IMG/VR virus record: IMGVR_UViG_3300034410_000480
Span: 1 to 64,000 of that record
Direction: 5' to 3' (one strand)
DNA length: 64,000 bases
Source: a virus
Taxonomy: Duplodnaviria; Caudoviricetes
Positions 35,555 through 46,736 of the stretch are shown here, one piece after another. Both the position numbers and the translations under genes were made by a program. Numbering within the stretch: position 1 is the first letter of the stretch; each line of letters starts with the position of its first letter. The notes under the pieces are model-generated. The model did no database searches, was not told where the DNA came from, and saw nothing but the letters and a program-made list of their open reading frames with translations.

Positions 35555-38500
35555 TTAAGGCGCCGTAAACAATTGTGACATTATATATAACCCTGAATAA
35601 CTTTGCAGATTAATTGCAGCATCTATATTAATTTGTGTTGCTGTAGCATTTTCATTCAAATTTATTCCTTGTATGTCGACACTTAATTGGCTTGTAAGCA
35701 ATGCGTTTGCGTTAATTATTGATCCACCACTTGAAATACGACTAGTAATATATGAAGCTATTGCTTTTTGTGTAGGCACAACATTATCACTATTGTCTAC
35801 AAATGTAGGATCTGTGCTAAATTCTCTAACAACAGCGTTTGTACCACCTAGTACAATACCACCGATTCTAAGTTCATCAAGACCTGACAAATCAAACTGC
35901 GAAGCACTAATTGTAACTGTGCCAGTTGCCTGATCAACTTTAAACAATTCACCAACTCTAAAGTTTCCGTCTTGGTCTGTACTTGTATAAAATACTCGTC
36001 CACCACCGGATCCTGCTGTTTCTTGATTTTGTCTTACTTCGTTATCTGATGTAAATCCTTCTGTATATCTTATTGGATATGCTGTTGATGTGAAGTTACC
36101 GGATCCTATGTCTAAAAAATCGTGTCCAGTTAATCGTACTTGACTAAAGTTTTGACGTATGTTAATAAATGAATTATGCACCGGTGCTTCATTAATATCT
36201 AACGGCGGTGTAATTTGGAATTCTGCATTCAATGCAGGTTCTGTACCTTCTAAATTACTAATTTTTTGTATATAAAATTGTTTATTTAATCCTGTAAATG
36301 TTATAGCGTCACCTGGACCAGGTGCTCTAAGTAAGTTACTAACTTGGATAATACCGCCGACTGGAAATTGATCTGCAAATCCATCGCCGTCTATAGTTAC
36401 ACTTGTTTTAAAATATAATGATCCAGGATCTAATATACTAGGCTGTCCTAACACACCACTTGCAAGTCTTATATCATACTGTGCATCTGTTACAGACTGA
36501 CTATCTGTTATTTCTGATGCAGGTGGATTTTGATAATTGCTGCCTGGATCTAAAATAAAGAATCCGTCAATTCTGTTAGATTTCACATTGGGCCTAGCAA
36601 TAGCCCTTGCACCATACTCTAAGAATTGCATATTTGAAGAACTTGTATTGTTAACTAATACCCATGCACTGTAAGGACTATTACCGTCGCCGATATATTC
36701 AACATATGAAAGTGCTGACCAAGTTTGTCCTCCTATAGGTGTAATAGCTCTCCAGTTAATTGCATCTTGGCTAACATTCAAAACACCGTTATTTGCTACT
36801 GCTATCATTAAGCCGTTGTTTATGTCTATTCGCCATGAACCTACACTAATTGCATTTGGATCAGCTTCTGCACCTTTAAAATGATTACCTACACTAAACT
36901 GTAAAGGTTCATTATATACGCTTCTTGTGTATAAAGGTAAACTTGCATTTATACCGCCTATATCTCTAGCACATGCGACAAATGCATTAGATCCACCATC
37001 AAGGTCTGTTAATTCATATCCTGCTAAGGTTGATAAAATACTTCCTCCAGATAACGGACTCCAGCTGCCACCATTATCAACACTATCATATACAATACCA
37101 GTTGTATCAGCTACAACCCATCTGTTAGAGTCAACTGCTACAAAGCTAAAGCCTCCTGCTTTACCTGTATTTTGTTGCGACCAAGAAACACCGCTATCAG
37201 TGGATACAGCTACGTTTTGTGTTCCAGTTGCAGCGGCAATTAATGTAGCGTTATACCGTTTAACATCTTGGTATGGTAGATTTGGTGCTGCACTAGCTGT
37301 TGCCCAGTTAATACCGTCTGATGATTCTGCTACTTCCCCTGTAGTAGCAAACGCCATGAACTTAATACCAGTCCAGATTGCAGATTTCCAATCAGCACTT
37401 ACAGGCAATGTTGTATTGACCCAGGTTTGTCCTGTTGTTGAATAAGCAACAACATTTGAACCTAATGTTGTAGCAATATTCACGTTTCCGTTAGAAGCAA
37501 CAGCACCTAATTCTTTAAAACTACCAGTTGCTTGAGTAAATGAATTGTATTCAGGATCTTCTATGTCAAGATATGGTTCAATTACATAACGAGTAGTACC
37601 GTCAAGTGTTGTGCTTATAGCTTTGCCTGAAACAAATGTATTCCAACCAGTTTGTCCCCACATATTTTCTATAGTAGCAACTTTTGTACTAGGATCGTAT
37701 GCACTTATTTTGCCCCATTGTCCTGCACCTAGGCCTGCCTTAATAAAAATATTCATACCAACATAACTGTTATCATCTATAGTTTCTGAAGCTGATAACG
37801 TAATACTAGTCAATCCACCAATCTGAGCGTTGTTTTCTATTCTTCTAAAATCAGCGCCGCCTATATTACTAGAATCTTCAGATTCTTTAATTCTAATTTC
37901 TGAAACACCTTTATACCTAGCATGTTGTGCTTCTAAGTTACCTGCTATACCAGAGCCCGTAATTATATACTGTGCTGATGTATATTCTTGTCCAGCATGA
38001 CTATAAGACAACCCAATAATTTTTCCGGTTTCATCTGAGTAAACTTCGGCTGCCTGTGCTTCTCTAGATCTGTTATTTAAAACAGCAGTGATAGGTAGTT
38101 CTTCATCATTTACACCTTCTGCTACAGATCCAAAATCACCATACGAATTGTTACCATTTGTAGCACGTAATTTACCGCCGCCTGTTGCAAGATATCCTAT
38201 ATGACAATAATATGTAAACACACTAACAAGTTCTGATCTGCCTTCACCGCTTGCCCAGTAACCAATGCCGTCACTTAAGATTTGTGTAAAATCGTTTGCA
38301 ACCATTGATCTATAGCCGCCGTTGTGTAGGGCTCCATCGATTTTCATTCCGGTGCATCCTGTACCAAACGATGAGCAATTTTGTACATAAGGAGATTTAC
38401 TATCAATCCAAGCAGTTTGGTCGTTTGGACCTGTTCCAGGATTTAAACTTACATACGAACCTGCGGTTGGTCTTCTTGTTAGGTATTCGTTAAGATCTCC

Positions 38501-40693
38501 TAACGTACCATTTAATCCTTGCATAGTACAATTACGCAATCCGCTGCCATTATTCATATAAAACATATTTTCAGTTTCAAATCCAAGTGCTGGTTTAATT
38601 GCTACACTTCGTAATTCGTCTCCTACAATTGCAACATCTCTTGGAACAACAATGGGCAATTCTTCTTCAAATGTTCCAGTCTTGACGAAAAGAGTTGCAG
38701 GAGATCTAGCTGGAGCATCGGCTGCTATATGCTCACATGCATATTTAATTGTTCTAAATGGTGCTCCTTCGGAACCATTTTGTATTGTATCTGCTCCGAG
38801 CAAACTAACATAGTAAACTTTAGGTGTGGCTTGGAATGCAGACCATTCAATAGGCGGTAATGACGGAGATGTATTATCAACCTTTAACGCATTACCAGCA
38901 GTGCCGATAGAGAATGCTAAATCATCAGTGTCTCTTCTATATTTTATATCACCTACATTAACAAGAACGTTAGTAGCACTACCTAAAATAAGCACCTGCC
39001 AATAACTGTTGTCAGCATCTAGATCCGGTCGTACTAAACTACTATCGTCGCCTCTATGAGCTTGCACACAAGTATATGCTGTTCCTGCATATGTTGATAC
39101 ATCACCTAGTGCATATCTATTTGTAGAACTCCAAGGACCTTTCCATGCTTGTCCTCTAATTATTCTATCCCAACTTGTGCTATCATTAGTAGGTGTTACT
39201 GATGAAAAGTTGTACATGCCGCTATGATTTGCACATACAGGATAAAATTCTCCCCAATTAAATTCGGGTTCAATTCTTATTTGTCTATTATTAGCAGCTT
39301 CAAAACCGCTTATATATAATTCAGGTGTAACTTCAATATCGTCTAGTAAATATACAGGTCCTGAAAGGTAATTATAAGAGCCCTCAACATGATGCCCGTT
39401 AGCAATGGTGCTAAAGTACATTGGATGTGTATTGTTTGTAACATCTGACTGGTCAATTATATATGTGTTACCTGTTACTAAAAATAAATTAGGAGCAAGA
39501 ATGTCATTGATATGATATCTGTTTGCGCTGTCTACTTCTTTAACTGTAACTGTGTATGTAATAGTTGTTGGTTCTTCAATTGGATAAGATGATGTATCTT
39601 GTGTTGCAACATATAAGTCGCCGCCATCTCGTGCTACATCACCTGTCTTATATAAAGTATCCGCAGTCCATTGTCCTCTAAAGTTGTAACTTGTTGACAC
39701 TAATGTCCATTGCGCACTAGTAGTAGAAGGAATATTTCCAACATTTAAGTTAGAAGTACTTCTATAAGTATATCCACCATATAATACCATATCTCCTATT
39801 TGATATGATAATGTTTTATCATACGCTGCTTCATATCCTGTTCCAGGAATATAAAGTGTCCAATTACCTGGTGTAAATGTTGAATTGTTTACAATTGCAG
39901 TTGTAATAAATAAACTGTTATTCCATTTTATAATATCGTTAGGTAGATATAATGTGTCATTTACATAATTACCTCTATAACGTGTACTGTCTAATACAAC
40001 TTCCCAGTTACTAGAATCAATAGGCAAACCTAGCAATTCGTTAGAATTAGATGTATGTCCTGTAGTACAACGGTATATTCTACCACCATATGTTATAACA
40101 TCTCCTAGTACATATCTATTTCCAGTACCCCATGAAGATCTATAATTATCGGAAGAATTAATTAACGCCCATTTTTCTTGATCAGCTTCTAATCCTTCAG
40201 TAGTTGACCTTGAAGTGTGTTCTTGTATACACTGATATACAGCACCATTATATGTAACAACATCACCTACAAAATAGCTACGAGATACAGTCCAAGCTGT
40301 TCTCCAATTAGAAGTTTTAGCAATAAATGCCCATTTTTCAATATCTGCTGCAACACCGTCTGATGTTAAAGCTGCACTTGTGTGTCCTGCAATACAGCTA
40401 TAAATTGTAGCGCCATATTTAATAAGTTCACTTGTTTCATATTTTGTACTAGCAGTCCAATTTCCTCTCCAGCGTTGGCCTTCTGCCATTAACACCCATC
40501 TTGGTTCTGCATTGCCATACTGATCAACTGCGTTTAGATCATCGTCGAATGAAGAAAGCGAAGATATATGTCCTATAAGACATACATAAATTTTACCACC
40601 TACGACTGCAATATCATCTTGACTAAATGAAGTGCCGTTAGCCCACGGACCTTTCCAAACGTATTTAAATCGTGATATATTAAATTCTGCCAT
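35555..40693 (-). CDS. Large tail fibre/spike, paralogue of 31237..35499, with inserted cupredoxin-like and BNR/propeller-like domains
   Basis: Same W-repeats, beta-helix and C-terminal motifs; extra THPMYF...VCANHSGM domain and S.DG..W (Asp-box-like) repeats. Confidence 0.8.
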   Translation of the reverse strand: MAEFNISRFKYVWKGPWANGTSFSQDDIAVVGGKIYVCLIGHISSLSSFDDDLNAVDQYGNAEPRWVLMAEGQRWRGNWTASTKYETSELIKYGATIYSCIAGHTSAALTSDGVAADIEKWAFIAKTSNWRTAWTVSRSYFVGDVVTYNGAVYQCIQEHTSRSTTEGLEADQEKWALINSSDNYRSSWGTGNRYVLGDVITYGGRIYRCTTGHTSNSNELLGLPIDSSNWEVVLDSTRYRGNYVNDTLYLPNDIIKWNNSLFITTAIVNNSTFTPGNWTLYIPGTGYEAAYDKTLSYQIGDMVLYGGYTYRSTSNLNVGNIPSTTSAQWTLVSTSYNFRGQWTADTLYKTGDVARDGGDLYVATQDTSSYPIEEPTTITYTVTVKEVDSANRYHINDILAPNLFLVTGNTYIIDQSDVTNNTHPMYFSTIANGHHVEGSYNYLSGPVYLLDDIEVTPELYISGFEAANNRQIRIEPEFNWGEFYPVCANHSGMYNFSSVTPTNDSTSWDRIIRGQAWKGPWSSTNRYALGDVSTYAGTAYTCVQAHRGDDSSLVRPDLDADNSYWQVLILGSATNVLVNVGDIKYRRDTDDLAFSIGTAGNALKVDNTSPSLPPIEWSAFQATPKVYYVSLLGADTIQNGSEGAPFRTIKYACEHIAADAPARSPATLFVKTGTFEEELPIVVPRDVAIVGDELRSVAIKPALGFETENMFYMNNGSGLRNCTMQGLNGTLGDLNEYLTRRPTAGSYVSLNPGTGPNDQTAWIDSKSPYVQNCSSFGTGCTGMKIDGALHNGGYRSMVANDFTQILSDGIGYWASGEGRSELVSVFTYYCHIGYLATGGGKLRATNGNNSYGDFGSVAEGVNDEELPITAVLNNRSREAQAAEVYSDETGKIIGLSYSHAGQEYTSAQYIITGSGIAGNLEAQHARYKGVSEIRIKESEDSSNIGGADFRRIENNAQIGGLTSITLSASETIDDNSYVGMNIFIKAGLGAGQWGKISAYDPSTKVATIENMWGQTGWNTFVSGKAISTTLDGTTRYVIEPYLDIEDPEYNSFTQATGSFKELGAVASNGNVNIATTLGSNVVAYSTTGQTWVNTTLPVSADWKSAIWTGIKFMAFATTGEVAESSDGINWATASAAPNLPYQDVKRYNATLIAAATGTQNVAVSTDSGVSWSQQNTGKAGGFSFVAVDSNRWVVADTTGIVYDSVDNGGSWSPLSGGSILSTLAGYELTDLDGGSNAFVACARDIGGINASLPLYTRSVYNEPLQFSVGNHFKGAEADPNAISVGSWRIDINNGLMIAVANNGVLNVSQDAINWRAITPIGGQTWSALSYVEYIGDGNSPYSAWVLVNNTSSSNMQFLEYGARAIARPNVKSNRIDGFFILDPGSNYQNPPASEITDSQSVTDAQYDIRLASGVLGQPSILDPGSLYFKTSVTIDGDGFADQFPVGGIIQVSNLLRAPGPGDAITFTGLNKQFYIQKISNLEGTEPALNAEFQITPPLDINEAPVHNSFINIRQNFSQVRLTGHDFLDIGSGNFTSTAYPIRYTEGFTSDNEVRQNQETAGSGGGRVFYTSTDQDGNFRVGELFKVDQATGTVTISASQFDLSGLDELRIGGIVLGGTNAVVREFSTDPTFVDNSDNVVPTQKAIASYITSRISSGGSIINANALLTSQLSVDIQGINLNENATATQINIDAAINLQSYSGLYIMSQLFTAP

Positions 40694-40705
40694 TTTCTTT
40701 CCTAA

Positions 40706-41071
40706 TTATACATCGTCTGAGTAAGTGTAACCTTGGTTAATTCTTACAACAAATTCTCCGTCGTCGTTAATATAATAATAAACATTTCTATCATCCCAAC
40801 GGAATTGTTCGTAGTTTAAATTTCTATATACAAGGTTATGATATGTATCTCTGCCTTCAAAAAAGTCTTGTCCTGGAGTAAACCCTGGATAATCTTGACT
40901 AGGGTCATCACCAACGTTGTTTATTTGAATTCCATCTGTAACATTCAGTTGGTCAACCTTTGCAAAATATAAATATCCATCTGGATCTCTTCTTAAACCA
41001 TAGAAGTATCTTGCACCTCCTAAGGAATCTGCAAGCATTCCTGCATCATTACCTACATAAAAATCAGCCAT
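40706..41071 (-). CDS. Small tail-associated protein, paralogue of 53561..54022
   Basis: FYG.R...DG.L...KVD....DG....GDDP..D.P.F.PG.DFFEG.D..H...Y..L.Y.Q...DD.N..YY..D.GE...R.NQG present in both. Confidence 0.75.
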   Translation of the reverse strand: MADFYVGNDAGMLADSLGGARYFYGLRRDPDGYLYFAKVDQLNVTDGIQINNVGDDPSQDYPGFTPGQDFFEGRDTYHNLVYRNLNYEQFRWDDRNVYYYINDDGEFVVRINQGYTYSDDV

Positions 41072-41088
41072 GTCAATCTCCTATATTG

Positions 41089-41096
41089 TATTTATC
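41089..41096 (-). promoter_or_regulatory. Late promoter-like GATAAATA overlapping the upstream TGA
   Basis: Followed by SD AGGAG and ATG 41071. Confidence 0.75.
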
Positions 41097-44000
41097 AGAT
41101 AGCATTATTTGGATAAGAATACCCTGCACCCCAAATAACACGTACTATTCCTCTACTACCGGCTGCACCTATGTCATTAGGTATACCTGTACTATTGCCT
41201 CCTGACGATCCGCCACCGCCACCGCCAAACTCGCCACCAGTTCCAGTACCATTGGCGCCGCCTGACCCTCCTGATCCATTTTTGTCAGAAGTATATGAAC
41301 TAGATGCGCCTTGTGAACCAGCATTACCACTAACACCTACACCGTTGACTCCTACTCCGCCGCCTCCACCGCCGGTTGTAGGATCATAATAGCCTTGTCC
41401 GTATGAAGTGTAATAAAAGTTAGCAGATTCGTGAGCTCCGCCGCCACCTCCACCTGAACCGTTTCCTGGATTAGAAGTTACTCTGCCTGCGCCAGATCCA
41501 CCAGATCCTTGATAACCTCCAGCACCACCGCCACCACCGCCACGTTGCCCGTCAGTATGACCTCCGATTCCGCCGTCGCCGCCTCCGGTGTTTCCAGCAG
41601 CAGTTGTTGTAGCATCGTACACTCTATTACTTCCTCCTGCTCCACCGTTATCTGTATTACCTCCTGTGCTATTGGCAAAGGGTGTAAATGTTGCCCATGT
41701 TTGCTTACCGCCACCACCGCCACCGGCTGCTAAAAGTTTTGTACTACTTCGTCTAATATTACTTTCACCTCCGTTGCCGCCATTTTCTTGAATTGCTGTA
41801 CCTGCGCTGCCACCCGCTCCTACAGTGATTGATAAAGTTTCACCTGCTGTCACTGGAATACTTTCTGCCCAAGCAACTGCACCTCCACCACCGCCTCCAC
41901 CGGATCCTGTGTTAGTAATATCTACCGAACCCTGTGTTTGAGGATAAGGATTAGTGCCTGAAACCATATGTCCGGCTCCGCCACCACCACCACCGATTAC
42001 TACTGCACTAATACTACTAACACCGCCGGGAACTACCCATTCTTGATTTGATGTAAATGACTTTGTACCTGTCGACGGAGTTTCACTAGTATCGTTTATT
42101 GTAATGTTATTTGAATCAAACACATTTCCGTCTGGATCAGTTATTGTAATTTTAAAACTTTCAACACCTTCGGAAATATTATCGTTTGATATAGGAAATT
42201 GCAATGCTGAACTAAATCCGTAATATGCAGCATTTACTTGCGGAGTAAATGTACCCGAAATAGCTGTAATGAAATCACCTGAATCTATATTTGTACCCGA
42301 CACTGCATATGAATGTGTGCCCTGTGAAGCACAATCTATATTAGCAGTAACAACCGTACCTTCGTCGTATACTAAAGTAGGTATTCTAAATTCAACAGTA
42401 GGTTTAATAGTTAATTCGTCAGTTGTATGAACTGTATTACCTAGTCCATCTAGGATACTTATACTAAATTTATTTTCTATTGTTTCAGAATCTGCTGTAG
42501 TCAAAATAGTAAATGATCCAGAATTTTCTTGAATATAAAATGGTTCTGTGCGAATCGATTCATCTACCATGTTTAATTGTCCGCCCATATCTAAGTGCGC
42601 ACTACATTGATAATATAATCTATTAGGAGCATTTAATGGAACAGTAAATTCACAAACACCTGATGTAACACCTTGACCAGTTACTCCAGTAGGGTATGTA
42701 TTTACGTTGCCTGCAACAGCATCAGTCTTAATATAAAAAGGATGTCCAGGAGCGTTGACACTAAATCTATATGTACGCCCTCTTATTAATGTTAAATTAG
42801 GGTTATTAAAATTTAAAAGTCCGTTTCCGGTAAATGTATAATAATCTGTTAAAGTATTAACAATATTAAATGATATTGGAGAAGAAGTATCGCTTGTAAA
42901 ATCAAAATTGTTAGTAGAATTATGATTTATATAATACTTATATGCACTACCATCTAATACACTTTGTGTAGAAACTGTTGCAGTTATAGATTGGCCGCCT
43001 CTTACAATCTCATTATCAAATGTTACATCGATAGTAGGTTCATCATCGTCTTCAATTAATGTTAGTGTTATACTATTGTTACCTTCTATTTCATATAACA
43101 GACTAGGATTATATATAGTAAATGTAGCCGTTGCATCACCTATATAAATTTCTGACAATTGAGTAGGAATTGAAATAGATAAATCAGTTTCTCCAGATTG
43201 CCAGGCAGATACTCCACTAGTACCGACAAATCTCGAATCAGCATTTGTTAATGTCCAAGCAATAGTAGGTCTGTCTGATAAGGAACTAATTCCATCTACT
43301 AAGTGTTCTCGCTGTAGTAATACAGTAAATGTGTTTCCTTCATCGACAGAAACGTTAGGCGTTGATATTGATATTGTTTTCACTTCCTCTATAGTATCAT
43401 TAATTCTTATTGTGCTTGTATTATTGGCATCATCGATTACATAATTGCTTGTAGCATTTAAAATTCTAATTGTGTTAAATGTAGAAGTTTGTAATCCTGG
43501 TGTAGATTGGACAGGAATATTTATATCGTTAGTTAATGCAGTTCCTGCAATACTTACAGTGCCGCTTGTTAAGGATACCCTGTCATCGTTTAATGCTGTA
43601 CCAAACCCCCAAGATATTACAGTAGTATCGTCTGGAGTGCTATCTGCACCGTTTCTTTTATATACTCTAGATAATGTAACGCTACCTGTTTCGCCCTCTG
43701 TAAAAATCGCACTACTAGCAATTCTTACAAGTTTATATAAATTGTTTATTGTAATTAGTGAATTACCTGTAATAGTATATCTTGCATCTGAAACAGAGTC
43801 AATTTCTATTATATTTGTACTACTAGGTGCTTGAGTATTATTAGGAGCTATACTAAGGTTAATTGTAGCTTCGGTTTCGCCTGCGGGTATAATTGTAGAT
43901 CCTGAAGTTGTGTTCCATCTGTCATCTGGATCGTCACCTACATTTTCTCCCCTAATACTCCAAAATACAGTAATAGGTAGCCCTAAGTCAGATGTGCCAT

Positions 44001-45786
44001 TTCTTATAGAAGTACGTAGTAATTTAACAGATATAGTTTCTCCTTCGTCAATATTATATGTTGGAGATAGCCATCCTACTTCTCTTATAGGAGGATTAGG
44101 ATTAGTCTGTATACCTAAGGTTGTTGTATTGGTTGAGACTGTATAGTTATCCGTTGACGCAGTTAAATTAAATGTAAAAGTTCCAGTGTTAGAACCAGCA
44201 ATATCACTAATTGCATCATCCAAGACCGGAATAACAATATTTTGTACATTAGATCCTGATTCAAATTGCGATTCTCTATCAACATTAATTGCATCAGTAT
44301 CAACAGTAGTAGGAATTGTACCTGTAAGTTTATAAGATATAATAGGAGTGTCTTCGTTAAAATTTAATGTTGTTCCATCTTCGACTTCGTATACATCATC
44401 GTTATGCTGAGGAGTTTGTATTGTTTGTCCTTCATATTCTCTACCACCTCCCCAAATTATTCTAACTGCTCCGTCACCTCCACTTGGTCCTGGAAAACAT
44501 TGATCAACATCGGTTCCTGGCCATTCATACCCTGAAGCACCGTGTCCAAACCAACCAGTGCTAGGGGAAATGTTTGCGCCGTATTTTTTATATACTAATG
44601 CACCTGTTGATCCGTTTGAACCTTTATACCCATTTACATTATTTCCGCCTATACTTTGTTGGCAAACTTGCCAAAGTCCGGTACCACCGCCGCATTGTCT
44701 GTATCCACCTGCACCGCCTCCACCGGATCCATCAAGTCCGTAAGGCGCAGTGCCACTTCTTGGTCCGCCAGCACCACCAGTACCACTGTAGCCTGCTGTG
44801 CCACCGCCACCGCCTGGCCAGCCTTCAACTATAGCACCATTTGAATCAGTTGCTCTCTCAGTTCCTCCACCGGATCCTCCGTTGCCGCCGCCACTATTAG
44901 ATAATGCACTATCTACAATGTATTGGCCGCCTGTAGATAAAGGTTCATAGTTATTCAAACCTGAAGTACTACCGCCACCACCGCCACATGCTGCCATAAA
45001 TTGACAATTATTTCCCATATGGCATATTCTACTAGGTTGTCCGGATAATCCTGCATCTCCTGTTTGTCCTACTCCTCCTTCTCCTACTTCTATTTTTATA
45101 CTGTCTCCAGAAGTTACTGATGCTGTTCCCCAAGCAAGTCCTGCCCCTGCGCCGCCCTTGCCCCAAAACGCTCCTAATTGAGTTCCATAGGCACCGCCAC
45201 CGGCTCCTCCTCCTCCAATAGCTACCATACTAATTTCAGTTACACCGCTTGGTACATTCCATGTATATGTACCGGGAGAAGTGTATGCAACCTGTCCTTG
45301 AGCTTGTAAGTTGTTTACTTCGAATGTCCTTAATATAGGAATATTAAAAGATTGTGCAGCATTATCTAATACAACAAGTGTTGCATTTGGTTGATCAATA
45401 CTAACTGTCTTGTTATATGTTACTGCTCCTACAGGCAGGCTACGAATTTCAAATCGTCTGCTATAAGCATACACATCTGCATTAACAGTAGCTTTTAATT
45501 TGTATACAGTATTTTGGTAATCATCATCTGTTTCGATTTTTAAAACAGTTAGATTGTCTCCAGATTCAGTTGTGCCGTAATCTTCAAAAGTAAATGCAGG
45601 AACATTTACTAAATTAGATGCTGTATCTTGTTCAATAGTATAAGTTACTGATTTCCTATTTGATATAATCCCTACTCTTACTATAGAGTTATTAGGTACT
45701 ATAATTTCTGATAATTGAGTTTCAAATTCAATAGAACCTGATGTTCCACTTGCAGAAAGGATACCAACTATACCTATATCAGACAT
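41095..45786 (-). CDS. Multidomain adhesin-like tail protein: two glycine-rich domains, Calx-beta/Ig-like repeats, cupredoxin-like domain
   Basis: Two W.VP.GV..IS.V.IGGGG...G.VR.IWG modules; (V/I)DEG.T repeats; GHPFYIK...YYQCSAHLDMGG. Confidence 0.75.
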   Translation of the reverse strand: MSDIGIVGILSASGTSGSIEFETQLSEIIVPNNSIVRVGIISNRKSVTYTIEQDTASNLVNVPAFTFEDYGTTESGDNLTVLKIETDDDYQNTVYKLKATVNADVYAYSRRFEIRSLPVGAVTYNKTVSIDQPNATLVVLDNAAQSFNIPILRTFEVNNLQAQGQVAYTSPGTYTWNVPSGVTEISMVAIGGGGAGGGAYGTQLGAFWGKGGAGAGLAWGTASVTSGDSIKIEVGEGGVGQTGDAGLSGQPSRICHMGNNCQFMAACGGGGGSTSGLNNYEPLSTGGQYIVDSALSNSGGGNGGSGGGTERATDSNGAIVEGWPGGGGGTAGYSGTGGAGGPRSGTAPYGLDGSGGGGAGGYRQCGGGTGLWQVCQQSIGGNNVNGYKGSNGSTGALVYKKYGANISPSTGWFGHGASGYEWPGTDVDQCFPGPSGGDGAVRIIWGGGREYEGQTIQTPQHNDDVYEVEDGTTLNFNEDTPIISYKLTGTIPTTVDTDAINVDRESQFESGSNVQNIVIPVLDDAISDIAGSNTGTFTFNLTASTDNYTVSTNTTTLGIQTNPNPPIREVGWLSPTYNIDEGETISVKLLRTSIRNGTSDLGLPITVFWSIRGENVGDDPDDRWNTTSGSTIIPAGETEATINLSIAPNNTQAPSSTNIIEIDSVSDARYTITGNSLITINNLYKLVRIASSAIFTEGETGSVTLSRVYKRNGADSTPDDTTVISWGFGTALNDDRVSLTSGTVSIAGTALTNDINIPVQSTPGLQTSTFNTIRILNATSNYVIDDANNTSTIRINDTIEEVKTISISTPNVSVDEGNTFTVLLQREHLVDGISSLSDRPTIAWTLTNADSRFVGTSGVSAWQSGETDLSISIPTQLSEIYIGDATATFTIYNPSLLYEIEGNNSITLTLIEDDDEPTIDVTFDNEIVRGGQSITATVSTQSVLDGSAYKYYINHNSTNNFDFTSDTSSPISFNIVNTLTDYYTFTGNGLLNFNNPNLTLIRGRTYRFSVNAPGHPFYIKTDAVAGNVNTYPTGVTGQGVTSGVCEFTVPLNAPNRLYYQCSAHLDMGGQLNMVDESIRTEPFYIQENSGSFTILTTADSETIENKFSISILDGLGNTVHTTDELTIKPTVEFRIPTLVYDEGTVVTANIDCASQGTHSYAVSGTNIDSGDFITAISGTFTPQVNAAYYGFSSALQFPISNDNISEGVESFKITITDPDGNVFDSNNITINDTSETPSTGTKSFTSNQEWVVPGGVSSISAVVIGGGGGGAGHMVSGTNPYPQTQGSVDITNTGSGGGGGGGAVAWAESIPVTAGETLSITVGAGGSAGTAIQENGGNGGESNIRRSSTKLLAAGGGGGGKQTWATFTPFANSTGGNTDNGGAGGSNRVYDATTTAAGNTGGGDGGIGGHTDGQRGGGGGGAGGYQGSGGSGAGRVTSNPGNGSGGGGGGAHESANFYYTSYGQGYYDPTTGGGGGGVGVNGVGVSGNAGSQGASSSYTSDKNGSGGSGGANGTGTGGEFGGGGGGSSGGNSTGIPNDIGAAGSRGIVRVIWGAGYSYPNNAI

Positions 45787-45794
45787 ATTTTTTC

Positions 45795-46718
45795 CTAACT
45801 AAAATTCTGTCCAGCGACAAATCCATAAAAGACTGTGCCGCCATCAACAGATAATAATGTAATGATATCTTTACCACTTGTTGTTAATGTCGGAGGCGAT
45901 CCTTGCGACCAAATTATTTGTCCAGGCCATGTTATGTCATATGTACCACTGTTTGTTATAACTAATGTAATTGTAGAACCAGCGGCTGCTGCATTACTTA
46001 AAGTTAAATTTGTAACATTACTGTTTAAATCTAACGCAAATACATTAGATGCTGCTAGGTCTAATTCAAGTGATCCTCCTAAAGATCCTAAATTAAGTGC
46101 AGGTTCATTACCGGCTCCTTTGACTTTAATGTACCCTTTCATATTAGATCTAACTTCACTTTGATATACATATGTTCCTGCTGCATCAACCGGAATCTTC
46201 CAATACAAAGAACCACTGGTCTTACCTTGTGCTGATATTCCTACTGCCTGCGTTCCATCATCAGAAACATGTACTAGACCATCATTATAATCATTACCAT
46301 TATAATCTTGTATCCGAACTGCATCACCGGTTGTGTCTAAATCTAACCTCATAATAGTTCCAGCAAATGCTGACAACATAGGATTATTACCATTGTTAGG
46401 ATCTTCGGCAACTTTATAGTTAGCACTTTGTGTTGATAGCGTATACGAACTGGCAGCAGAAAACGCAATTTGTCTATATTTTAAATCTGTGTTAGCAAAA
46501 AATGTTCCGTCATAAAATATTAAATCGCCTGCTGTTAGATCAGTAAGTCCTACATCAGTTAAAGTAACAAATGAAGTTGAACCACCGCCACTTCCGCTAC
46601 TACCGCCCAGTGATGTTGCTTTCCACAAGTTTTTTTCTAATACATAAGTATATAATGTATTAGATGCAATAAATTCCTGTCCATCTGATGGGCTATTTGG
46701 AAAGTTTATTTGAGCCAT
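45795..46718 (-). CDS. Tail fibre connector protein
   Basis: N-terminal INFP.SP..GQ.......YTY.....W; degenerate cupredoxin-like module; C-terminal LDL...NVF...I.W..G..PTLT..G.DII....DGG..FYG.V.GQNF. Confidence 0.65.
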   Translation of the reverse strand: MAQINFPNSPSDGQEFIASNTLYTYVLEKNLWKATSLGGSSGSGGGSTSFVTLTDVGLTDLTAGDLIFYDGTFFANTDLKYRQIAFSAASSYTLSTQSANYKVAEDPNNGNNPMLSAFAGTIMRLDLDTTGDAVRIQDYNGNDYNDGLVHVSDDGTQAVGISAQGKTSGSLYWKIPVDAAGTYVYQSEVRSNMKGYIKVKGAGNEPALNLGSLGGSLELDLAASNVFALDLNSNVTNLTLSNAAAAGSTITLVITNSGTYDITWPGQIIWSQGSPPTLTTSGKDIITLLSVDGGTVFYGFVAGQNFS

Positions 46719-46736
46719 ATGTTATTCTCCTAACTA

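Noticed and set aside
30889-41097. TGA followed by in-frame TAA (30895, 41095) as selenocysteine or stop-codon recoding
   Set aside because: Explained by the overlapping GATAAATA box. TAA, TAG and TGA all end genes here and multi-kb ORFs are intact under the standard code.
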